Shown here piece after piece: positions 1 through 6,460 of a stretch of DNA of 10,884 nucleotides. The stretch comes from an uncultured Fibrobacterota bacterium (lineage in GTDB: Bacteria > Fibrobacterota > Chitinivibrionia > Chitinivibrionales > FEN-1185), in the NCBI GenBank assembly GCA_963753345.1, contig CAVWBU010000012.1, positions 1 through 10,884 of the forward strand, read 5' to 3'. The notes under the pieces were generated by a model that saw nothing but the letters and a program-made list of their open reading frames with translations, was not told where the DNA came from and did not search any database. The first letter of the stretch is position 1. Every line of letters starts with the position of its first letter. The position numbers and the translations under genes are program-made.

Positions 1-166
1 TAATGTCCAACGCAATTATCGTTGGCAGCGTAGTGACTAGAAAAGTGACCGAAAATAGTAACAACAGATAAGAATGCTTCCCGTGTTTTTCCGATGTTTC
101 TCTTCGTCTCGCAGTAGTCTTGTTGAAGTATTGAAGCAGTGGTTTACAAACGAGGAGAAAATTCAA
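1..166 (-). CDS. Possible 5' part of a secreted or membrane protein running off the left edge
   Basis: The minus frame is open from a TGA at 193-191 to the window edge and translates ...KTTARRRETSEKHGKHSYLLLLFSVTFLVTTLPTIIALDI (basic stretch then a hydrophobic segment). The only start found upstream of the hydrophobic segment is TTG at 166, with no clear SD. A sigma70-like promoter upstream points the same way. Confidence 0.3.
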   Translation of the reverse strand, partial: MNFLLVCKPLLQYFNKTTARRRETSEKHGKHSYLLLLFSVTFLVTTLPTIIALDI

Positions 167-361
167 GGGGATACCGGGGAAGGCGGCGAGTCAGCCCCCT
201 CTCCGCTGGTAGAGGGAACCATGTGGGCCACGCCGACCAGACAGCGCACTCACAGCTAGATTAGATGCTCCTGACAGAAGACTTCTTCGCGAATTGTGAT
301 TTGATGGCGTCGTCAAGCCGGGACGTCCACGGATTCCATTCTTTATAGGAGCAATATGATA

Positions 362-390
362 ATTATGATCAATGTCTGAGGAATTGGCAA
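362..390 (-). promoter_or_regulatory. sigma70-type promoter reading leftwards
   Basis: Minus strand TTGCCA (390-385), 17-bp spacer, CATAAT (367-362). Each box matches the TTGACA/TATAAT consensus at 5/6, in AT-rich intergenic DNA. Confidence 0.5.
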
Positions 391-472
391 AGATATGATT
401 CTATCGCGGAAAGACTAAATGACAATGCGCGGGGAGCCGTCTGGTGAGCCAAGAGTTTGGCTTTAAGGAAGA

Positions 473-1921
473 TCACCGATTGACGAAAACATCTTTGGTT
501 GCCAAACGATTTTCTCCGGCAATGGCCTCAATCGCATACACGCCGGAGCGGAGCCTCATGTCGTGAATCGCTAAGCTATTCCCTTCAACCCTCATGCGCA
601 CGACGGTTTTCCCGTCGATGGCGGAAACAACCACGTCCTTTGTCGTGTTATCGCACCCATGAAATACGATGCGGTCTCCAACCACCGAAATTCCCATCGC
701 CCAACCCTTGCTATCGCACAGCGCCTGCATTGAAGTTGCAGCAGAGCCCAGAAATGGCGCCATATAGGGCTTGAGCATGTCAAGCTTCCACTGTACCGGG
801 GTCACCCAATCATCGTCCAGGAGTCCGCCGGTGTCGCCTGAATTTGGGTTAAGGCACCAGAACGTCCATGATACCGTCTTGCAGAGGGTAAACAGCAGAG
901 CGGCGAACCATTTGCCTTCTTTGCCGCTGTACGACGAGGTGTCACGAATTCCGAATTCACCAATAAGGAGATGACCCATATTGTCGTTCTTGATAAACGC
1001 AAATGCGCTATCCCACACTGCGGGAAGGTTTGCTGGAAAGGCCGGGTCGTTGAACCAGGTCTGGTCAAACACCTCTGGGCCGTATTCATGGGGGGAATAG
1101 ACCAGCTTGCTATTGTCAGATAGCACAACGGGGTCGTCCAGCGCCCCGCGCAGGTTCCCGCCCCACCAGTAATCCGTTGTGCCAACCTGTTCCACGCCTT
1201 CAACGACGACAAGAAGGTTCGGATTGGCGGCAAGAATAGCGTTGCCGCACCGCTCCGCTGCGCTTTTCCAATCGAAAAGAGGGTCGGACCCGCCCCATCG
1301 GGAACCTCCGGAGGAGGCGGTACCGTGCGGCTCGTTGTCAAGGTCGCATCCGACAACAGCAGCATTGTCCTTATATCGGGATGCAAGAAACACCCAGTCC
1401 TCGATCCATTGTTGTTCGGACGTTTTTGCGGTGTACCAAACCTGTTCGTTCATATAGTTGTCCGGCTCACGGGAATGATTGTCGAGCACCACCGCAATGC
1501 CCAGCTCCGCGCACCCGCCAACAATGACGTCCATTATCTCGAGCGGGCTCTTGCCGGCGAGTTCCTTGTTCATATCGGTCGTCGCGTTCTTGCGGTACGG
1601 GTCCACGCCGTAGAAATTTATGCTGTTTGCGCTTGCGCCGGCCCGCAGCATGGCGTCGCACCAGGGGAGCCGGATGCAATTGAATCCCATATCTTTGACT
1701 TGCAGGAGCATGCCTTTCCAATCGCGAGTCCAAAGGCCGTGCGGGCACATGTTCGACGTTTCCATGCCGAACCAGTTGACGCCGGTGAGACGGACGGCGG
1801 CCCCGTTTTCGTCTTTGAGGATCGAGCCTTCAACGTGCAGGTCAAAGGCCATTGTCGGGCGCAAGACTACGAAAAACAGCAGCGTCGCGCCGACAAACAA
1901 TCGTAGAAAGCGGTGTTGCAC
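473..1921 (-). CDS. Secreted GH5 endoglucanase (GH5_1-type, Acidothermus E1-like) with C-terminal T9SS-like sorting domain
   Basis: Motifs TGVNWFGMET, PHGLW, GCDLDNEPH (acid/base Glu), WWGGNL, LVYSPHEYGP, LLIGEFG (nucleophile Glu) and WTFWCLNPNSGDTGGLL. The start is reassigned to GTG at 1921 because AAAGGA lies just upstream, a signal peptide follows (VQHRFLRLFVGATLLFFVVLRPTMA) and it sits 19 nt after the GH9 stop. The tail ...SAIDGKTV...LRSGVYAIEAIAG...KDVFVNR resembles a T9SS type A CTD. Confidence 0.92.
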   Translation of the reverse strand: MQHRFLRLFVGATLLFFVVLRPTMAFDLHVEGSILKDENGAAVRLTGVNWFGMETSNMCPHGLWTRDWKGMLLQVKDMGFNCIRLPWCDAMLRAGASANSINFYGVDPYRKNATTDMNKELAGKSPLEIMDVIVGGCAELGIAVVLDNHSREPDNYMNEQVWYTAKTSEQQWIEDWVFLASRYKDNAAVVGCDLDNEPHGTASSGGSRWGGSDPLFDWKSAAERCGNAILAANPNLLVVVEGVEQVGTTDYWWGGNLRGALDDPVVLSDNSKLVYSPHEYGPEVFDQTWFNDPAFPANLPAVWDSAFAFIKNDNMGHLLIGEFGIRDTSSYSGKEGKWFAALLFTLCKTVSWTFWCLNPNSGDTGGLLDDDWVTPVQWKLDMLKPYMAPFLGSAATSMQALCDSKGWAMGISVVGDRIVFHGCDNTTKDVVVSAIDGKTVVRMRVEGNSLAIHDMRLRSGVYAIEAIAGENRLATKDVFVNR

Positions 1922-1940
1922 AAAAAGTCCTTTGCACGGG

Positions 1941-4148
1941 CTATTTCTGGATGATAATCGATTGAGCGGCAATCGTGGCATTGTTCCTGTCTGAAACGAC
2001 GCAGATGTAAACGCCGTTTTGAACGTTTGCAAGCGACAATCTGCTATTGTGAAACGCGCCGACCGTGATTGCCATTCTGCCGTTTGCCGAGATCAAGGAT
2101 ACCGCTGTTGCCCGTTGATCGATCCCGGAAAGGTCCAGATAATCGCAGTGCTGCCGGATCGCCATGCCGCGATTGCTTTTCGTCAAACTACCGCCCGGAG
2201 CAACAACCGTATTCACTGCCGGCTTGTCCGGCTCCGCGCCCCATATCTGCACGCCGTTGTCGTAGATCGGCATGTTGATCGCCTTGACTGCCGCTTGTCC
2301 CGACATTGCCACAGTCTTGTAGGACCAGTCGTTCGACGGGTCCCATGCGGCCGAGGCCGAGTTGTTGGGCAACTGAATCCTGAACTGCGCTTCCCGCTTG
2401 TACGAATCCTGAGTGCCGGGAAAGAGCGTATCTCCCTCGTAAGAAACCTCAACGAAGTAGATGCTCGTGGACCCATTGTATGGGGTCAGTGGACCGACTT
2501 TCGCTTTGCCTTGCAGATAATTGGTTGTCACAGTAACCTGACTTATCGGAATGCCCGCCGCCGCGACTTCGCTCAAATCGACGAAATAGCGGTAGGACAG
2601 GTGCGTGCAGACGCGAGCGGGCTGATTGGTCTTGTTGCAGAGCACCGCATCGATTTCCGTGAACGTGGTGCCGCTGGCATTGACTTTAGCAAGAACATAG
2701 AATTGTTCCATAGGCGCTTCCGGAGGCGGGAAAAGAGCGAGCGGCGCCCCGCCGTATTCCTTGTACATGCGCGCAAGCGCGCTTGTGAATCCGGCGTTGT
2801 AATCGCAGGCTGGTTCGTTTTGGGTATAATTGCTGCGCTGGTCGGTGTATGCGTCGCTCGCGTCCGGACCTCCAACCAATGCTCCATAAAACGTATGCAG
2901 GCACGCGATCGTGTCGCTTGCATCGCCAGGGTACGATCCCTCGGCGGTTCGATGATGTTCGTGACAGGGCGGGTTATTGCCGAATCCGACGACAAACGAG
3001 CGATTTTGAGGATTGCTGCCCAACAGGTAATTGATTTGCTTCACGCCGAAATCATGATAGCGCGTTTTCAACGAATCAACCGTCAACCAATCCGAATAGA
3101 CCAGCGCCACGAACGCGGTATTCGAGGCGTAGCGGTTTGATCCCCATGTGTCAAGCCATGCCAGCCCGCCAGGAGTGTAGGTGATTTTTTGGCCGTTTAC
3201 GCCAACGGTCCAGTAATCGAGCCAGCGCTGGGCATCGTCCTTGTATTTCTGTTTGCCCGTGAGTTTGGCGAGCAGCACGTAGCATCCGTAACTCTTGTCG
3301 TCCCAGGAAATGGTCCATTTGTACGAGTGCGTGGTAGACTGCGGTTCGGTATTGAGGCTGTCGTACTGCGATTCCGCTTTAGCAAGATATGCACTGTCGT
3401 TGCTTGCCATGTACAGCCACACTGCGCCCCACACTAGCTCGTCTTGGTACCCGCTCCACGAATTGTAATACCCTTGAGCCGCCGTAATCGAAGCGTCGTA
3501 TTTTCCCCGGTACTGGTCGGCAAATGCGTAGAGCTGCTGCGCGTGGGTAAGACATGCGGTGGAATAAGCGGGATCTGTTGACTTGAATACAATGGACGCA
3601 GCCGAAAGCGCCGCCGCGGCCTCGCCCGCGAGGTCGGATCCGGGATGGCCAACATCGATCTTGGCGGATGGACGTTTCATCATTGCTTCAACAGACTCCG
3701 CAGGCCCCCAGAACGAATGGTCGAGCCCGCCGTCTCCAACTTGGCCGTAAAACTCGTTCGGCGTCGTGTGGCAGCGCATCAGATAATCTGCCGTGAACCT
3801 GATGTTATTGAGAAGGTAGACAAGCTGACCGCTTTTCTCGTATGCATCGCGGTTTTCCACAATGCCCCAGCACAGCATTGTAACGGAATACGCCATGGGA
3901 AAATTGAATTTCACATGGTCGCCTGCGTCATGCCAGCCGCCGGTAAGGTCTTTGCCCACGTCTGAACCGTCGTGCGTGCAGCTCGGCCCACGCCATTGCA
4001 CTCGATTCCAAGCAGGCAATGGGCCCGACTGCTGGCCCTCGTAAAAGTAAATTGCCTTTTGCAAGGCCTCGCCGTAGTTGTAGGCGGCGGAGGAGAGGAC
4101 GGTCAGGAATATTGTCAGGGATAGAAAAGCATGCGGGATGAGTTTCAT
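1941..4148 (-). CDS. Secreted GH9 endoglucanase with fused CBM3c (Thermobifida Cel9A-type processive architecture) and T9SS-like C-terminal domain
   Basis: Signal peptide MKLIPHAFLSLTIFLTVLSSA. GH9 motifs YNYGEALQKAIYFYEGQQSG, DLTGGWHDAGDHVKF, SFVVGFG..PP..HHRTA and YTDQRSNYTQNEPACDYNAGF. CBM3c-like segment EQFYVLAKVNASGTTFTEI...LSYRYFVDLSE...WDPSNDWSY...IWGAEP (about 2709-2230). Tail ...ISANGRM...NGVYICVV...QSIIIQK. Confidence 0.95.
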   Translation of the reverse strand: MKLIPHAFLSLTIFLTVLSSAAYNYGEALQKAIYFYEGQQSGPLPAWNRVQWRGPSCTHDGSDVGKDLTGGWHDAGDHVKFNFPMAYSVTMLCWGIVENRDAYEKSGQLVYLLNNIRFTADYLMRCHTTPNEFYGQVGDGGLDHSFWGPAESVEAMMKRPSAKIDVGHPGSDLAGEAAAALSAASIVFKSTDPAYSTACLTHAQQLYAFADQYRGKYDASITAAQGYYNSWSGYQDELVWGAVWLYMASNDSAYLAKAESQYDSLNTEPQSTTHSYKWTISWDDKSYGCYVLLAKLTGKQKYKDDAQRWLDYWTVGVNGQKITYTPGGLAWLDTWGSNRYASNTAFVALVYSDWLTVDSLKTRYHDFGVKQINYLLGSNPQNRSFVVGFGNNPPCHEHHRTAEGSYPGDASDTIACLHTFYGALVGGPDASDAYTDQRSNYTQNEPACDYNAGFTSALARMYKEYGGAPLALFPPPEAPMEQFYVLAKVNASGTTFTEIDAVLCNKTNQPARVCTHLSYRYFVDLSEVAAAGIPISQVTVTTNYLQGKAKVGPLTPYNGSTSIYFVEVSYEGDTLFPGTQDSYKREAQFRIQLPNNSASAAWDPSNDWSYKTVAMSGQAAVKAINMPIYDNGVQIWGAEPDKPAVNTVVAPGGSLTKSNRGMAIRQHCDYLDLSGIDQRATAVSLISANGRMAITVGAFHNSRLSLANVQNGVYICVVSDRNNATIAAQSIIIQK

Positions 4149-4352
4149 GGTTCTTCTTCTGTTTCCTTTCTGTTACACTCCTCACCCCGACTCCCCAAGC
4201 CCCAAACGCCGTCGATCTCGCGGAGCCGTATGCGGGGGCTTTTATCCATTGTATGTTTTTCCGAGTCGGGGATAACGACCCCGCTTTCGCGCCTCATTGT
4301 GAAAGACGCTCTAAGCGAATGTGGTTGCCCCTTTGTCAATCAACGATAAAAG

Positions 4353-6113
4353 CTATTTTGTGAAACATACCATTTGTTTGTTAGAGTATTCACCGGCCTT
4401 GAAAATAGCCACATACGGTCCCGCGGCGGCCGCCATTTGTCGCCGATTTATGGAATAAATTCCCGCCTCTTGCTGTTGACCGATTATCTCTGATTGCAAA
4501 CGGCCGTTAAGATTGTAGAGCCTTAGCGAAACAAATGCCGCTTTGGGCAATGAATAGGTAATTTGTCCTGTACTTGAAGCGTGGAAGAAGGAAACCCTTC
4601 TGACGGCGCCATGGTTGGCAATGGTGCCTGTTCCGGTTGCATTCCAGAGTTTTGCGAGCAGGTCAAGCTTCCTTGAGTCGGTGCCCGACCATGTCCCCCA
4701 GCCGCCCGTATTGGAGACCGGGTCGTAGGGAGTTGTGTAAATACCGTAGGTATCGCTGGATTCCGGGTTGATGGACCAGTAGAAGGAATCGAAGATGCCA
4801 ACCTTGAGCAAGTAGTTTACAAAAGCGTTTTGCCACTGCCGGTCAACAGTTGTGTCGGTGATGTAGCTATAGCGGTTCTGCATGCGTATCTCGGCCTTGC
4901 GGGGCCAATCCATGTTGCCGCCGAATTCTCCGATACAAACGGCATATCCCAGCGCCTTCAGGTACCCGAAGTGCTGCTGCCACCCTGCTTCGAGCTTTGC
5001 CGGATCGATCACGATTTGGCATTTCGCATCACCAAAGGCGTCTTCCTGCAGGCTCTGGCACTGCGGCTGGGCATTCCAGTCTGCGAACATCGTCTGCGTG
5101 GCTACCGACGGGCCGTAGCAGTGAGGCGAAAACACTATCTTGCTCTTGGGCACAGCCGGCGGATTGCCGCCCGTTTCAAACAGGTTTTCGCCCCAGTTGG
5201 GGTTGGAGGTGGTGTCGCCGTATGGCGTCTTGTTCACTGTGCCGGGTGTTCCGTCCTGGTTGCCGTTCGAGCTGCCAATTCCCTCGGCAATGATCAGGAT
5301 GTTGGGATTCACGGAGCTGACCGCGGTGTAGGCTTGTTCGATCAACGATTTCCATTCGCTCCAGCTGTAGTCCCAGGGTTCGTTGAAGATGTCGATGCCC
5401 ATGATGTTGTCTACGCCGATTGACGACCCCAGGCCGGCCAGTGTCTTCAGGTTGGCTATCCACTGCGATACGTCGTAAGCCTGGATGCGGGTGACGGTGC
5501 TCGGGTTCCCATCCGCCGCGCAGGAGCAATCCTCCCGTTTGAAGTCATAATTATCTCGGTTCGCGTCTGTCCATGGCGGGCGGGCGTCCAAACGGCCCTT
5601 CCTCCAGCCCACGTAGTTGGAGCAGGAGTGGATGTCCAGGAGAACGTAGAGGCCAGCGTCGGAACATGCTTTGATAACCGTCTTGAGTGCTGTAAAAGCA
5701 CCTTGAATACGCACAGACGAGGTGTTTTTCAGGACCGGGTCTTTGCCCTGCGGGTCGTTGTCATCGAGGGTCTGGGGGACAAGCGGTAGCCTGACACAGT
5801 TAAATCCCATGTTTTTTATCTCGATTGCATCCCCGGCGATGGTGCGGCTGCTCGGCGCCCAGAACACGTTGCCCATGTACAACTCCATTGGGGCTCCTCT
5901 GGGGTTGGTCGCATCGGTAGAGAGCTCATATCTTCCTTCGAGTCCGAACCAGGATCCTCCTCTTACGCGGAAGACTGTGCCATTAAGGGTAATATTGCCA
6001 CTGGAATCGACCGCCCACAAATTAGCGGCTTGGGCACCTGTGGAGATTATGAGTGCCAAAATTGCTGCATTTAAAATCACTTTTATGATGAGAGACTTAA
6101 TCGGTAAATGCAT
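4353..6113 (-). CDS. Secreted GH5 cellodextrinase/endoglucanase (Cellvibrio CelC-like, probably GH5_53) with T9SS-like C-terminal domain
   Basis: Motifs SWFGLEGR...GAPMELY, RLPLVPQTLD, DIHSCSNYVGWR.GRLDARPP, GIDIFNEPWDY (acid/base), FSPHCYGPSV, IGEFGGNMDWP (nucleophile) and YWSINPES, recognised from memory as typical of Cellvibrio cellodextrinase C. Start is ATG 6113 with SD GGAGGT 7 nt upstream, and the signal peptide ends AQA. CTD: ITYSLPKAAFVSLRLYNLNGR...AGPYVAIFKAG. Confidence 0.9.
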   Translation of the reverse strand: MHLPIKSLIIKVILNAAILALIISTGAQAANLWAVDSSGNITLNGTVFRVRGGSWFGLEGRYELSTDATNPRGAPMELYMGNVFWAPSSRTIAGDAIEIKNMGFNCVRLPLVPQTLDDNDPQGKDPVLKNTSSVRIQGAFTALKTVIKACSDAGLYVLLDIHSCSNYVGWRKGRLDARPPWTDANRDNYDFKREDCSCAADGNPSTVTRIQAYDVSQWIANLKTLAGLGSSIGVDNIMGIDIFNEPWDYSWSEWKSLIEQAYTAVSSVNPNILIIAEGIGSSNGNQDGTPGTVNKTPYGDTTSNPNWGENLFETGGNPPAVPKSKIVFSPHCYGPSVATQTMFADWNAQPQCQSLQEDAFGDAKCQIVIDPAKLEAGWQQHFGYLKALGYAVCIGEFGGNMDWPRKAEIRMQNRYSYITDTTVDRQWQNAFVNYLLKVGIFDSFYWSINPESSDTYGIYTTPYDPVSNTGGWGTWSGTDSRKLDLLAKLWNATGTGTIANHGAVRRVSFFHASSTGQITYSLPKAAFVSLRLYNLNGRLQSEIIGQQQEAGIYSINRRQMAAAAGPYVAIFKAGEYSNKQMVCFTK

Positions 6114-6203
6114 GATACGCACCTCCGTGGGGTTATGGGATGTTTCTTAACGAGTAAGAATAATTTCTATGACATTAATGCTTGAGACCAATTCATTGAT
6201 ATG

Positions 6204-6235
6204 TAATTAGTGGTAAACTGGATGATCACGGTTCA
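6204..6235 (-). promoter_or_regulatory. Candidate ECF-sigma promoter of the cellulase cluster
   Basis: Minus strand TGAACCgtgatcatccagtttaCCACTAAtTA: -35 TGAACC (6235-6230), 16-bp spacer, -10 CCACTAA (6213-6207). It has the same boxes and spacing as the motif in front of the sigma gene, and the AAC in the -35 is typical of ECF promoters. Confidence 0.7.
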
Positions 6236-6265
6236 TAGATGATGATTTGTTGTGTTTGCGCCAGG

Positions 6266-6450
6266 CCGGAGGTCGTGCTGGAGCACGATGCTACCCGGAC
6301 CCCGTTTGTAGGGGCGTGGCAGCCTGACCCGTCCTCTGCAGTAGCAACTGCTACGGAGGGAGGAGGCCATTGGCCGAGACCGGATGGAAGACCCCGCCCA
6401 ACTGGAAGGGCGGACCAGGTCCCGCCGCCGAAGGCGGGGCGCCCAGTTTT
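6266..6450. repeat. GC-rich multi-hairpin intergenic element (REP-like composite or structured RNA)
   Basis: Hairpins TCGTGCT-gg-AGCACGA (6273-6288), GTAGCA-ac-TGCTAC (6341-6354), GGCCA-t-TGGCC (6365-6375), CCGCCC/GGGCGG (6394-6413) and CCGCC-gaa-GGCGG (6425-6437). GTAG-GGGCG (6308-6316) can close with CGCCC (6440-6444). The flanks are AT-rich. Confidence 0.55.
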
Positions 6451-6460
6451 ATTCTATCCT

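Noticed and set aside
74-259. 61-aa plus-strand ORF
   Set aside because: No SD and no motif. The opposite strand has a more protein-like frame and a promoter.
447-462. AGCCAA-gagt-TTGGCT hairpin after the last cellulase as a terminator
   Set aside because: It is a 6-bp stem with no U-tract in the minus-strand direction, too weak to call.
1922-2032. N-terminal extension of the GH5 ORF from TTG 2032
   Set aside because: It overlaps the GH9 3' end, whereas GTG 1921 has an SD and directly precedes the signal peptide.
2019-3140. 373-aa plus-strand ORF, and similar antisense ORFs at 1325-1906, 4830-5423 and 8279-8914
   Set aside because: They lie antisense to well-supported genes, are Arg-rich and show no recognisable motifs, which is typical of shadow ORFs in GC-rich coding DNA.
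4290-4332. GTGAAA-GACGC...GGTTGCC resembling c-di-GMP-I riboswitch fragments
   Set aside because: It is on the wrong strand for the operon and lacks the GGCAAA/GCAAA junctions and the P2/P3 stems.
4145-4339. 64-aa minus-strand ORF whose TGA overlaps the GH9 ATG
   Set aside because: It has a TTG start without an SD and no motif, and it runs through the stem-loop spacer. The ATGA overlap arises easily by chance from ATG-AAA. A leader peptide cannot be fully excluded.
4248-4339. Perfect TTGACA (4339-4334) and TACAAT (4253-4248) on the minus strand upstream of GH9
   Set aside because: Neither box has a partner at 16-18 bp spacing, so no promoter was called. No copy of the ECF motif was found here either.
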